Positions 9,820 through 19,914 of a stretch of DNA of 64,000 nucleotides are shown in pieces. The notes beneath the pieces were generated by a model. The model made no database searches. It saw only the letters and a program-made list of their open reading frames with translations, and had not been told where the DNA came from. Source of the DNA: a virus; the IMG/VR virus record IMGVR_UViG_3300020037_009719, positions 1,663 to 65,662 of that record; one strand, written 5' to 3'. Position numbers and translations under genes: made by a program. How positions within the stretch are numbered: position 1 is the stretch's first letter; each line of letters begins with the position of its first letter.

Positions 9820-10799
9820 GAAATCTTATCTTCTAAACTGTCAAATTGTTGTTTAATTCTATTTGAATATAAAGTTGAATATTCACCGTTTGAACCAGAC
9901 ACTTTCAAAGCAACTCTTTTAATTTTCTTAGTTACTTCACTTTCAGTAGTATATGGTACGTATTGATATTCACCAGAAGCGTTAGCATGAATTTTTACTG
10001 CTTGTACAGGGATAATAGAATTTGTATTCAAGAATAGATCATCCCAATCCACATTTGTTGAACGTGTAGCAATAATTTGTTCATTCGCATTAAACGGTGC
10101 AGCAGACCAACGTGTTTTATAAGATAAAATTCTACTATTTGAACCAGTATAATTTAAGATATACTTTATTAATAGAATATAATTACTTCTACCTGTTGTT
10201 TGAATTAAACCTCTACCTCTAAACTTATAAAAATCACATTCTGTTAAAAATGTAGCAGGTGTTGTTCTAACAGCATCTTGTAAATTTGTAAAACTATCTG
10301 TAGGAAAAGTTTCCTTTTGCCATCTAGTATCTAAAGTGTTTCGAAGTTGTGTTGCATAAGACAAAGTTCCATGTGCTGCTTGATAGTTAAGGTCTCTAAA
10401 CAAATGATATGCATTTATATTACCTGGTAAAGTGTTATAAGATTTTTTTCCACCAGAATTAAATGCATAAGCAATACCTGGTTTGTTAGGGTTTGAAACA
10501 CTATTTACACTTTCTGAGAGTGGGGTGAATAAACCTCCAGTTTCATTTATTATAATTGTATTCAAAGCTACAAACTCTAATAAGTTAAAACTACCATTGT
10601 TATCTGTATAAATAACAGAACCTGCTAGGTCCCAAAACTCTTTCCATTTAGCAGAGTTTGCTATTCTTCGTGATTCTTTACCACCAAACGCTTCAATGTT
10701 TCCATGATTCGTATTAAACCATGACACAAAACTACTTCCAGTTATACTTTTAAAGTAACTATCTATATCTGTACTGTTTTTAAATGTAACTGTAGCCAT
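9816..10799 (-). CDS. GH19-family glycoside hydrolase (lysozyme/chitinase-like peptidoglycan hydrolase)
   Basis: INETGGLF (catalytic Glu region), FYKFRGRGLIQTTGRSNY resembling the GH19 YYGRGPIQLSWNYNY signature. Confidence 0.55.
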   Translation of the reverse strand: MATVTFKNSTDIDSYFKSITGSSFVSWFNTNHGNIEAFGGKESRRIANSAKWKEFWDLAGSVIYTDNNGSFNLLEFVALNTIIINETGGLFTPLSESVNSVSNPNKPGIAYAFNSGGKKSYNTLPGNINAYHLFRDLNYQAAHGTLSYATQLRNTLDTRWQKETFPTDSFTNLQDAVRTTPATFLTECDFYKFRGRGLIQTTGRSNYILLIKYILNYTGSNSRILSYKTRWSAAPFNANEQIIATRSTNVDWDDLFLNTNSIIPVQAVKIHANASGEYQYVPYTTESEVTKKIKRVALKVSGSNGEYSTLYSNRIKQQFDSLEDKIS

Positions 10800-13648
10800 T
10801 ATTTAACCTTATCTATTAAACTTTGTTTAACTAAAACAGATGAACTAGAAGCTGTTGCAGCGGTTGCTTTTGTGTTAACGTTTCTATTTGCAATCTCTCC
10901 TAGGTTGTTGTTATCTTGTTTTGTAACCTCTTGAGCAAAGTTGTTTCTACCATCAGCAGAAGAAAATTTCTTATTATCTTTTTTACCTTCCTTTTCCACA
11001 TCTTCATTAAGTTTTAATATTCTAGCTCCAATGATTGAAGATGTAAATTTATGACCTGATAATTTATGAGTTACTTCTAGTATTTGATATTCTCCATCAA
11101 AGAAACCCAAACCTTTAACAAAAATTCTTTTACCTGGACCTAACCAAGGATGAGCTAAACATTCTATAGTACAGTTTTGAAATTGGGAGAAAACAATTGT
11201 TAAATTTCTTTTTTTATCTGCAACTGTAACTGGTTTATTATATTCATCATTGTTGTTTACTTCATCTAAACTTGCTAAATCAGCAACTTGATTGTTAGCT
11301 GCAATAGATGCAGCATTAGGGGTACTTGTTTTTTCTACATTTAACGAAGTAATTAACGAACCTTGAAACCTGTAAGAAAACACATCTTTCTCTTCAATAA
11401 ACGTTTGTATAGTAGCTTGTTTAGGGGAATTACTAAACTCATTATCTCTATTAATTTGTTGTTGAGGTTTAGCATATAGTTTATCTGCAGCTAATGTAGT
11501 TGCTATAATCCAAGTAGAATTAATACCTGCACCTGAACCAGTAGCTGCAGATAACAATTCACATTCATTTTCTTGTAATACAGTTCTCAACCAGCGTAAA
11601 ATTGTCCATTTATCATCTGAATTTTGCGGTGTGAATAACTGTTTATATTGATCTTTAGGAATTGTTAGTAAAATTTGGTCTGGGTGAATTTGATCTTGAT
11701 TACCACCTTGCTCACCTCCAATAATACTTAAAAAATTACTAAAATCTCTTGACGTTGCTCTTGCTTTAATATTTTGTTCACTATATTGTCTTCTTTTATT
11801 TCTTTCTGCTGAATCAGTAATTTGAATTAATTGAGAGTTGTTAACGTCCATCATAACATTTAAAATCAATTCACCCAAAGTAATAGTTCTACCTTTCTTT
11901 AAAGTGTTTCGTGTAAAGATTGCGAAGTCTAAAGGGTAATTGAAAACTATAGACCCTGTAGTTCTAAAACTTAAAGCTGCATGTAAAGCTCCTTTATCAT
12001 CCATCGACAACTCAGGATTTAATAAAGCAATTTTAACATAATTACTCATATCTAAGTTTGTACGTGAAACTACTACTTGACCATTTTCTTCATTAAATGT
12101 AATACCATCATCAAACAAGTTTAATGTACCAGCAGTGTAATTACTTTCTGTATTAATAGATTGAGTTAATGTGATTACATTTTTCCCTGGTATTAGTTGA
12201 TTAGCTATTTTATTTCTAAAACTTCCATTTTCATCATCGAAAACAGCCCAACCAGGGTGATTCCAAAACTTTACTGAATTTGGATCATCTTTATCGTTCG
12301 GACTTGGAACTCTTATTTGCCAACCATATCTAAACCAAAAATCACCACCTACGTTTCCTGGACGAACATCATAAATGAAAGACCAAGGTGAATTTATATC
12401 TGTGAATTTATTACCTTGAACATCAACTAAAGTCATTTTAATTAATGTTAATCCGTTATCAGCTGTTTTACCAGCTTGAATTTCTAAGTCTTGGAAGCCG
12501 ATAGCTCCTGGTTTCGAAGCAACCCCATCGACAGGTGAAGGTGATAATACTAATTGACCGAACACTCTAACACCTACTCCTCTTTGAGCAAACACTTTCT
12601 TTCCACTTTCTGACTGTTCACCAATAAAATCAATACCTTCTTTAAAAGGGTCTAAGTTATATAAGTCTGCAATTCCCTTAGAATTGTTTTGAATATCAGC
12701 TGTTAAATTAAATCTTTCTTGAGAAAAACCTGGGGCTACTTCGTTTTGATATTTTGTAGCAGCGTTTTTAATTGAAGATAAGAGATTGCTTTTCTTATTA
12801 GAAGATTTACCTGTTGTATTGTCTTGAACATCTTCTGGAGTTTCACCTTCAGAAGCATAACCAGTAGGGTCTACAGTTATATCAGGAATAAGTTCAATGA
12901 AAGGGAAAACACTTTGAGGTGTATATCTAGTTGCGAGATAAAGTAAAAACTGTTTTAATCCAATCCAATCACTATCTTCATCAGAAGAAGATTTCTTCCC
13001 CCATGTTGCAGTAGTATCACTCAACTCTTGATTTCCAATGTTATTTGCAATCTGTTGAAAAGTATCAGTTAAATCCTGTCCTGCTTGTGTTTCATCAGCA
13101 GATGTTTCTTGAGTGTTTTCACCTGTAGAAACGTCACTCGTTGTGTTAGTTTTCTTTTCATCAGATGTTCTAGTATCTGATTCAGTTTCTCTAGAATAAG
13201 TAATCGTTATCGTTTCACTATTTGCTAATGCATTTTGAATTGAATTGAATACAATATTTAACGCTGTTCTAGAGTCACCAATAATATCAGTTCCTTTGGT
13301 CATACCAACCAACAAACAACCTTCAGTAGCAGTAGCATTGTTTCCAACGTGAATACGAATACCTTCAAACCCTTTAACAGAATTAACTAATGGTAATTGT
13401 TTTTGTCCACCAATAACTCTTTCACCAACACCTGTCAATCCAGTAGGTGTTACAGTTACTCTGTATGAACCTAAAGGTATTGCAGTTTTCTTTGCAATTT
13501 TAATATTTTTTATCTCACTAACACTCATACTATTAGTTAAGTCTCTATCTTTATCTTCTAAAGTGTGACAAATGAACGTTCCATTGATTAACAAATCACC
13601 AATAGTAGTATTATTAGTTAAGGTTTTTCTTATTACTCGAATTTCCAT
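10799..13648 (-). CDS. large virion-associated protein with N-terminal L,D-transpeptidase (YkuD)-like His/Cys motif
   Basis: 949 aa. N-terminus ...GIRIHVGNNATATEGCLLVG matches the YkuD hIHG...(S/T)xGC(I/L) active-site pattern. Ser/Thr-rich linkers. Confidence 0.4.
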   Translation of the reverse strand: MEIRVIRKTLTNNTTIGDLLINGTFICHTLEDKDRDLTNSMSVSEIKNIKIAKKTAIPLGSYRVTVTPTGLTGVGERVIGGQKQLPLVNSVKGFEGIRIHVGNNATATEGCLLVGMTKGTDIIGDSRTALNIVFNSIQNALANSETITITYSRETESDTRTSDEKKTNTTSDVSTGENTQETSADETQAGQDLTDTFQQIANNIGNQELSDTTATWGKKSSSDEDSDWIGLKQFLLYLATRYTPQSVFPFIELIPDITVDPTGYASEGETPEDVQDNTTGKSSNKKSNLLSSIKNAATKYQNEVAPGFSQERFNLTADIQNNSKGIADLYNLDPFKEGIDFIGEQSESGKKVFAQRGVGVRVFGQLVLSPSPVDGVASKPGAIGFQDLEIQAGKTADNGLTLIKMTLVDVQGNKFTDINSPWSFIYDVRPGNVGGDFWFRYGWQIRVPSPNDKDDPNSVKFWNHPGWAVFDDENGSFRNKIANQLIPGKNVITLTQSINTESNYTAGTLNLFDDGITFNEENGQVVVSRTNLDMSNYVKIALLNPELSMDDKGALHAALSFRTTGSIVFNYPLDFAIFTRNTLKKGRTITLGELILNVMMDVNNSQLIQITDSAERNKRRQYSEQNIKARATSRDFSNFLSIIGGEQGGNQDQIHPDQILLTIPKDQYKQLFTPQNSDDKWTILRWLRTVLQENECELLSAATGSGAGINSTWIIATTLAADKLYAKPQQQINRDNEFSNSPKQATIQTFIEEKDVFSYRFQGSLITSLNVEKTSTPNAASIAANNQVADLASLDEVNNNDEYNKPVTVADKKRNLTIVFSQFQNCTIECLAHPWLGPGKRIFVKGLGFFDGEYQILEVTHKLSGHKFTSSIIGARILKLNEDVEKEGKKDNKKFSSADGRNNFAQEVTKQDNNNLGEIANRNVNTKATAATASSSSVLVKQSLIDKVK

Positions 13649-13651
13649 TTT

Positions 13652-13924
13652 TTAGATATCTTGTGATTCACCCCAAAGATCGAATACGCGAGTTAAAGGG
13701 AAAGGTATAATTAGTTTTGTTCCTATTGGAATATCAAAACTCATAAAATATTCTGGATTTGCACACATAATTACATATTCTAATGTAGCATCATTATAAT
13801 ATTTTAATGCTAATTGGTCAATTGTTTCATGAGCAGTTAAAACATGTTCAATATCAGTGTATGCTGGAGTAATTTTCCTCACTGGTTGAATCATAGTGTA
13901 CTTATTATATCTATTGTATCCCAT
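13652..13924 (-). CDS. phage tail protein X-like (LysM-like, P2 gpX family)
   Basis: ETIDQLALKYYNDATLEYVIMCANPEY...IPIGTKLIIP aligns to the gpX pattern DTLDxIxxRYYG...VLxANPxL...LPxGTxVxLP. Confidence 0.6.
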   Translation of the reverse strand: MGYNRYNKYTMIQPVRKITPAYTDIEHVLTAHETIDQLALKYYNDATLEYVIMCANPEYFMSFDIPIGTKLIIPFPLTRVFDLWGESQDI

Positions 13925-14043
13925 TAGTTTCTTTACTTTAAATAGGTTTATAGTTACCTTGTTTAAACTGATAATTTTAAATTTAGTAGATTTTTTACAA
14001 ATTAATCACAATTTTTAGCTTAATTAATTAGCAAAAATATAAT

Positions 14044-14508
14044 ATGAAAGATAAATTATACTGGTTAAATTTAATTAACCCTGGAATGGTTTCTGATAGA
14101 ACGTTAGAAACTAATTTAAAAGAAGTTGCATCTACAGCATTTCGCTTAAATGATTTAATCATTTTCACTTCCCCAGAAAAGATTGATGTCATTCACGAAA
14201 CTTTGAAGAAAGATAAACCAAGTGGGTTGATGTATGTTTTGCTTGATGTAACGGAAAGTTTAACTTCTGAAACATTCAAAGGGGTGATGAATCCAGCACA
14301 TTATAAAAATGCAAAACAATTAATGGAGTTAATCAACTCTTATAAAAAGGTTTCAGAAACAGTTGAAGATGAATTCAAATCTTTATCTTCAAAGGAACAA
14401 CAAATTTACCTTGATATTATCCTTGATAAAATTTCTGCTAAAGGAATTGAATCTTTGGATGAGAAAGATAAAAGATTTTTAGAATTTAGCAAAAAAGAAA
14501 AAAAATAA
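14044..14508 (+). CDS. hypothetical protein
   Basis: 154-aa ORF after a divergent AT-rich intergenic region. Confidence 0.5.
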   Translation: MKDKLYWLNLINPGMVSDRTLETNLKEVASTAFRLNDLIIFTSPEKIDVIHETLKKDKPSGLMYVLLDVTESLTSETFKGVMNPAHYKNAKQLMELINSYKKVSETVEDEFKSLSSKEQQIYLDIILDKISAKGIESLDEKDKRFLEFSKKEKK

Positions 14509-14509
14509 T

Positions 14510-14797
14510 ATGAACTTAGTCCCGAAATATATTGCATTAAATGCAGAGCAATATGCTAAAGTTGAGTCTTTCATTAGCTTAGGGTTCTTTGCGGAAAAAA
14601 AACCGCTTTATGTTGTAACCACAAAACCTAAATGTGAAGGGTTAGTGGTTTATGTAACTGTAGATAGAGTTAAAGCTAAACGTAAATGTTTTACTAAAAG
14701 TAAAAAACAAAGAAAGGCTTATTACACTAAGTTTGAATTCAGTAAAATGTTACCTTTTCATTTAATTGAAGAGTTAAATAAAGAGTTAGGTATTTAA
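14510..14797 (+). CDS. hypothetical protein
   Basis: 95-aa ORF, basic. Confidence 0.45.
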   Translation: MNLVPKYIALNAEQYAKVESFISLGFFAEKKPLYVVTTKPKCEGLVVYVTVDRVKAKRKCFTKSKKQRKAYYTKFEFSKMLPFHLIEELNKELGI

Positions 14798-14807
14798 TTT
14801 TAAGAAA

Positions 14808-15596
14808 ATGAAAAATTTATCAGAAAGTCAATTAGGGAAATTAGATGAAACTGCTTCAGATTATTATTTGAAACAAGCGCTTCATTATATAGCTGAAGCT
14901 CATTTTGCAAAAGTTTCAATTCTTGAAAGGGAAAAGAAATCACATGAAGCAGAAGTTGCTAAACTTGTTCAAAAGCAACAAGCAGAAAATAAAATACAAC
15001 CTTTTCTTCCTAACATTCAGTATAAACTTTATGAGTTGAAAAAGACATGGAAACCAGAACATGGTAACACTATTCTTAACGAAACTTATAATGAAGATTT
15101 ACTTTTAGTTGCACAAAATTTAGAAATTCTTACTAAAAACACTGAGATTATCAACAATGTAGTAAAAGCATTAGAAATAGTGGGGTTAGAAAAGACTACT
15201 TACAAGTATTTGAGAGCTAATGCTAAAACTAAAACCGCAGTAACATCTGAATGGTATTTAGAATTAGTAAATAAGTGTGCTAACCTAAACAACACACGAG
15301 GCTATTCAAAAGATGATCTTACTAGAATTTATCACGAACTGTGTCGTATGCATCTTGATTATCAACAAAGAAAAACTCAAACCGAAAAAGAATTAGAAGT
15401 ACAAGCTTATAAAGAAGCACAAAGTAAAGAAGCTTTACAAAGAGAAGCTGTTTTAGTTGCACATGCTTGTCTTAAACATGGTTTTAACCCGTTGGAAATT
15501 ACAACAAGGGACTTGTTAGATGTTAAGTTACAGGAAAAGGGATTAGTTCCTTCCAAAGTTTTACAAGATTTAGAATTTGAATTACAACAAAAATAA
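14808..15596 (+). CDS. hypothetical protein
   Basis: 262-aa ORF. Confidence 0.5.
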   Translation: MKNLSESQLGKLDETASDYYLKQALHYIAEAHFAKVSILEREKKSHEAEVAKLVQKQQAENKIQPFLPNIQYKLYELKKTWKPEHGNTILNETYNEDLLLVAQNLEILTKNTEIINNVVKALEIVGLEKTTYKYLRANAKTKTAVTSEWYLELVNKCANLNNTRGYSKDDLTRIYHELCRMHLDYQQRKTQTEKELEVQAYKEAQSKEALQREAVLVAHACLKHGFNPLEITTRDLLDVKLQEKGLVPSKVLQDLEFELQQK

Positions 15597-15616
15597 TTAA
15601 TTAAAAAAAAGAAACT

Positions 15617-16003
15617 ATGCATATAAAAGCAGCTAACTTTATAGGAATTGTAATGATACATTTTTTTATGAAATGTATCTACGAATTATCTTTAGGGAAT
15701 TACATATCAAGTCTTGTCGAATTATTTGTTAGTCTTTTGTATTTTTGGCTTTTGAAAGGTGAACGTGAAATCCCAGTTGATAGAAAAACATTTTTCAGGA
15801 ATTACAATTTCCCTTATATTTGCTTTGCTCTTTTTGCTATACTTGATTTTATATTGATCAAAACTACACTTATGTCTTCTGGTGTAATGATTTCTTCTTT
15901 ACTTTTAAGTATTTATGCTCTTTACATATTAATTGCACCTAAAAAATCAATACTAGGGTTAGATATGGAAGTTCACAAGTTGTTTGGTAAACTTTTTAAA
16001 TAA
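15617..16003 (+). CDS. hypothetical membrane protein
   Basis: Several hydrophobic helices. Confidence 0.45.
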   Translation: MHIKAANFIGIVMIHFFMKCIYELSLGNYISSLVELFVSLLYFWLLKGEREIPVDRKTFFRNYNFPYICFALFAILDFILIKTTLMSSGVMISSLLLSIYALYILIAPKKSILGLDMEVHKLFGKLFK

Positions 16004-16196
16004 GGAATTTGAACATTTAAGTTCGATGACTAAAAGGGAGATTCGAAATAATAAGCATGTTGTAATAGTTTATATAATAGATAATAACTAATTTTAACAT
16101 GTAATTAAGCACAGAAATATATAATATTGACCTAAGGTCTATTAATGCTTAATTAATTATTTTCATTGGAATCAATATCTTTTTAATTTTTAACTT

Positions 16197-17723
16197 ATGT
16201 TCATTGGTTATATCGTCAACGACTTTCACCCTTGTTTGAAAACAATCAGTGAAAGTGAAATTGGAAAATATACAAACGATAAACCTATTTTAATTGTAGG
16301 TTTCGATAAAGCTTATGAGCTTTACCCTTCAATAACTCTTGAAAGCAAAGTTATTGACTCTTCTAAACAAATATTTTACTCCTTTTCTTTTCAAGAAGCT
16401 GAAGACAAGTATAAAGAAAATTTAAGAAATTTTTTAAATCATTGTTTTCAACTTTTCATTAATTCCTATAAAGTTATTCCTATTGTAGATGTTTCAGAGT
16501 TTAAACATTTGAAAGGGGAAGTTTTCTACTATGAAACTGCAACACTTATTACAGTTACTACCAGTAATAAGATTTACTACTTCAACAAAGAAATAATTAC
16601 TTTCTTAAACCCTGATAGTTTAGATTTACTTTTAGATAAGTTGCAAGGTGCAAATATTATTTCTTGGGAAAAGTTTACTTTTATTCAAAGTTATTTAAAA
16701 GCTAATAATTGTTACAAGTCTAAAGAACAGATTAGATTAGAATATGCTAATGTTGGAGATGTCGATTTGTATCTAGGGGCAATGTGTTTAGATAGTTTGG
16801 TTAATTTGAATTTAGCAAACAAGTCAATAGATACTTGGCAACGAGCATATGAAATTGAAACTTATTTATCTTCAATTAGAATTAAAGTTAACGAAGAGCT
16901 TTTGAAAAACTTAGCTTCTGATGAAGAGAACACTGTTGCACAAAGTATTTACAGTAACTTGAACAAAGGTTACATTGTTCAAAGATATAACGGGACAGAC
17001 AAGATAACAGGTAGAATTTTTGCAACTAAGTCTGGTTTTTCAGTTCAAACGTTAACATCGAATATGAAAAACATTATAGTAGCAGAAAAAGACTGTCTAT
17101 TAGTAGAGTTTGATTATCAATATTTTGAATACACATTACTATCACAATTATGTAAGTTTACTCTTGCAGTAGACCCTCATCTAGCTTTATCTCAATTGTT
17201 ATTTAGTGATACTGCTCATAGAGCAATCGGAAAAGAAATTAACTACAGTTTATTGTATGGTAAGTCTATAAACACCTTGTTAAAGGATTTATATAAACAG
17301 TTTGAAATTCATATCCCTGAACAAGAGTTAAAAGATAAATTGTTAGAGGTGATCAAACCTATGGAAGAATTAAAACAACGTTTAATTCAAGAGTTTGAAT
17401 CAAACAAGTTTATATTAAATTACTTTAATAGAAACATTACCCCAGATAAAAGTTATAATTGTTTAAATAATTACATTCAATCAACAGCAACTGACTTTTT
17501 TATCATTAAGCTTTTGAAAATAAAAAAACTGTTAAGTAAATATTCCTCTTTAAATCAAATCGTATTACAAAATCACGATTCAGTTTTATTAAACTTAACA
17601 GTTAGTGAAATTGAATCAACAGATTTAGTGAAAGAAATTTTTGCTATTCTAAGAGAAGAAGAAAATAGTCTAGTAGCAGAGGTAGACATGAAATATGGGA
17701 ATAGTTGGGGTAATTTAAAGTAA
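16197..17723 (+). CDS. family A DNA polymerase (compact PolA, no obvious exonuclease domain)
   Basis: Motif A EFDYQYFEYTLLSQL (DYSQIELR-like). Motif B RAIGKEINYSLLYGKS (RRxAKxINFGxxYG-like). Motif C NHDSVLL (HDE-like, Glu replaced by Ser). Confidence 0.6.
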   Translation: MFIGYIVNDFHPCLKTISESEIGKYTNDKPILIVGFDKAYELYPSITLESKVIDSSKQIFYSFSFQEAEDKYKENLRNFLNHCFQLFINSYKVIPIVDVSEFKHLKGEVFYYETATLITVTTSNKIYYFNKEIITFLNPDSLDLLLDKLQGANIISWEKFTFIQSYLKANNCYKSKEQIRLEYANVGDVDLYLGAMCLDSLVNLNLANKSIDTWQRAYEIETYLSSIRIKVNEELLKNLASDEENTVAQSIYSNLNKGYIVQRYNGTDKITGRIFATKSGFSVQTLTSNMKNIIVAEKDCLLVEFDYQYFEYTLLSQLCKFTLAVDPHLALSQLLFSDTAHRAIGKEINYSLLYGKSINTLLKDLYKQFEIHIPEQELKDKLLEVIKPMEELKQRLIQEFESNKFILNYFNRNITPDKSYNCLNNYIQSTATDFFIIKLLKIKKLLSKYSSLNQIVLQNHDSVLLNLTVSEIESTDLVKEIFAILREEENSLVAEVDMKYGNSWGNLK

Positions 17724-17757
17724 ATAAAACAATTTTAATAAAACTTAACTATCAAAC

Positions 17758-18549
17758 ATGGACTTAAATAAAGAAATTTACTTAACTAAACAAGAGTTTT
17801 CTTTCACTAGAGAAGAAAATATTTTATTAAACCTATTTATTGACTACCCTCAAGTTCTTAATATCTTAACAAGGCATAAAGCTTTTATTGTAGGTGGTGC
17901 ACTTACTTCTGTATTTTCCAATACTAAAATAAACGACTTAGATATATATTTTTTATCTGAAGAAGACTTAATACAATGTGAAAAAGAGTTGCTTAATATA
18001 AGTAGAAGTAAGTTTCAAACTAAAAATGCAACTACCTTTTTACACTTGATAAATGTTCCTTTACAAATAATAAAAAAAATAATCAAACCAACTGTTGAAG
18101 ATATATTTGATGAGTTTGATTTTACAGTTTGCATGGCAAGTTATAGTTTTGAGAAAAGAGAATTTATCTTCCACTATGACTTCTTTAAACATCTTGCACA
18201 AAGAGAATTAACTTTCAACACTAATAGTAAAAACCCAGTTCATGCTTTATTAAGAGTTGAAAAATATAAATCACGTGGTTTTACTTTCAAACAAAAAGAA
18301 TTATTTAAAGTAATTGGTAATATTGTTGCTATGAAAATTAATACTAATGAAGAAATGGCTTCTTTATTAGAAGGTATGTATGGAGAGAGTACAAAAGAAA
18401 TTGTTAAAGCTTTAAGAACTCCTACTTTAGATAAAGAAAATTTTGATTTAAGTAAATTTTTACAAATATTAGATGATTCATACAATCATGGGTCAATTGC
18501 ACTCGCAAAGAGTTCTACAATTACTCCTCTTGACGATCTTCCTTTCTAG
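17758..18549 (+). CDS. nucleotidyltransferase-fold protein (Pol-beta superfamily)
   Basis: VGGALTSVFSNTKINDLDIYF matches hG[GS]-x12-DxD; a third acidic site DFTV lies downstream. Confidence 0.45.
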   Translation: MDLNKEIYLTKQEFSFTREENILLNLFIDYPQVLNILTRHKAFIVGGALTSVFSNTKINDLDIYFLSEEDLIQCEKELLNISRSKFQTKNATTFLHLINVPLQIIKKIIKPTVEDIFDEFDFTVCMASYSFEKREFIFHYDFFKHLAQRELTFNTNSKNPVHALLRVEKYKSRGFTFKQKELFKVIGNIVAMKINTNEEMASLLEGMYGESTKEIVKALRTPTLDKENFDLSKFLQILDDSYNHGSIALAKSSTITPLDDLPF

Positions 18550-18651
18550 TCACCAAGGGTATCTATAGATATTTTAATTTTAGTTTTTAGTTGAATAGAA
18601 TTTATATAATTTGAGGGTGTTAAAAAAATAAACAACCAAATAATATAACGT

Positions 18652-19824
18652 ATGACAAAAACAGTAACAAAACCAAAAGACCCTAAAACAGTAGTATTTT
18701 CAGGTGTTTTTATGAAACTTGCCGACATGAAAGGTGAAAAGAAATTAATCATCTCACCTCAGCAAGAGCCTTTATCTCCAACAGAAGCAATTGTTAAACC
18801 AGAAATTCAAGCTCAATTTAATAGCTCTGAATGGTATCAAGGTGATTTACTTCAAACTGATGAAGGTTTCACTCCAACAGGAACATTGAAAGCTTTAAAA
18901 ACAAAACCATCTCAAGATGATTTGAAAGCTGTTCGTTCTCGTGTTGAAGCTGCTTATTCTGAAATTGCTGCTTTAAAAACTGCATGGGAAGATTACAAGC
19001 AATATGAATTTAAAATTGCATCTGGTATTGCAGAAGTTCCAGCAGGGTTAGAAATTGACGACAAAGTATGGAACTTGATTTGTACGTCTGCAAAAATTGA
19101 CAAATACATTCTTTTATTAGGACCTAAAGGTTGTGGTAAAACAGAAACTGCTAAACAATTAGCTGCTGCAACAGGTATGGAACTTGTATCTTTCAATATG
19201 GGAGCTGCATTTAAACCAAAACAAATGTTTGCTGGAATGTTACAAGCAGAAAACGGTGACACTGTGTTTATCGAATCTGAATTCTTGAAAGCTTTCCAAT
19301 CAGAAACACCAACATTAATTTTCTTGGATGAGTTAACTCGTACTCCACAAGTAGCTACAAACTATTTGATGACAATCCTTGACCGTAACCAATCTTATAT
19401 TTACATTGAAGAATTAGGTAAACGTGTTTACCGTGGTTCAGGTGTAAGATTTATCTGCGCTGGTAACGTAGGGTCACAATATACAGATACACGTACAATT
19501 GACGGTGCATTCTGGGATCGTTTTATTAAATTGCCAGTGGATTACTTGTCACAAGCAAAAGAAGAAAAACTTGTTATGTCTCGTGCACCAAAAGCTAATC
19601 CAAAAGCAGTAAAAACTTTGATTGACCGTGCAAAGAAAACTCGCGAAGCTGAAAAATCTGGTAAATTAAGTTCAGCAATTTCAACACGTCAGTTGATTGA
19701 TATGGCTCACTACCTTGAATTAGGGTTTACAGTTGAAGAAGTTTTTGAAAACATTTTCTTAAATAACTTCATCAATGGAAACAATGATGAGCGTTCAGAA
19801 ATCAAGGCAATCTGCCAATCATAG
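18652..19824 (+). CDS. MoxR/CbbQ/CobS-like AAA+ ATPase
   Basis: Walker A LLLGPKGCGKTETAK; Walker B IFLDELTR; sensor region. Confidence 0.75.
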   Translation: MTKTVTKPKDPKTVVFSGVFMKLADMKGEKKLIISPQQEPLSPTEAIVKPEIQAQFNSSEWYQGDLLQTDEGFTPTGTLKALKTKPSQDDLKAVRSRVEAAYSEIAALKTAWEDYKQYEFKIASGIAEVPAGLEIDDKVWNLICTSAKIDKYILLLGPKGCGKTETAKQLAAATGMELVSFNMGAAFKPKQMFAGMLQAENGDTVFIESEFLKAFQSETPTLIFLDELTRTPQVATNYLMTILDRNQSYIYIEELGKRVYRGSGVRFICAGNVGSQYTDTRTIDGAFWDRFIKLPVDYLSQAKEEKLVMSRAPKANPKAVKTLIDRAKKTREAEKSGKLSSAISTRQLIDMAHYLELGFTVEEVFENIFLNNFINGNNDERSEIKAICQS

Positions 19825-19850
19825 TTACCAAGTATTACATTGAAATGTAT

Positions 19851-19883
19851 AAAGCCGCTAGGTTGTTTACTTTAGCGGCTTTA
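19851..19883 (+). terminator. terminator hairpin overlapping promoter-like motif
   Basis: aaagccgcta-ggttgtttact-ttagcggcttt, 10-bp perfect stem. Confidence 0.5.
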
Positions 19884-19890
19884 TCTTTAG
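19865..19890 (+). promoter_or_regulatory. conserved bipartite motif GTTTAC-N11-TATCTTTAG (copy upstream of the vWA gene)
   Basis: Exact GTTTAC and TATCTTTAG separated by 11 nt; one of 7 copies. Confidence 0.5.
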
Positions 19891-19914
19891 TTAAATTTAA
19901 AAATCAATACTCAT

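Noticed and set aside
15407-15661. Minus-strand 84-aa ORF overlapping the end of 14808-15596
   Set aside because: Cys/Phe-rich low-complexity antisense ORF; the + strand genes fill the space.
18240-19262. Minus-strand ORFs 18240-18485, 18546-18752, 18993-19262
   Set aside because: Antisense to the NTase and AAA+ genes; no motifs.
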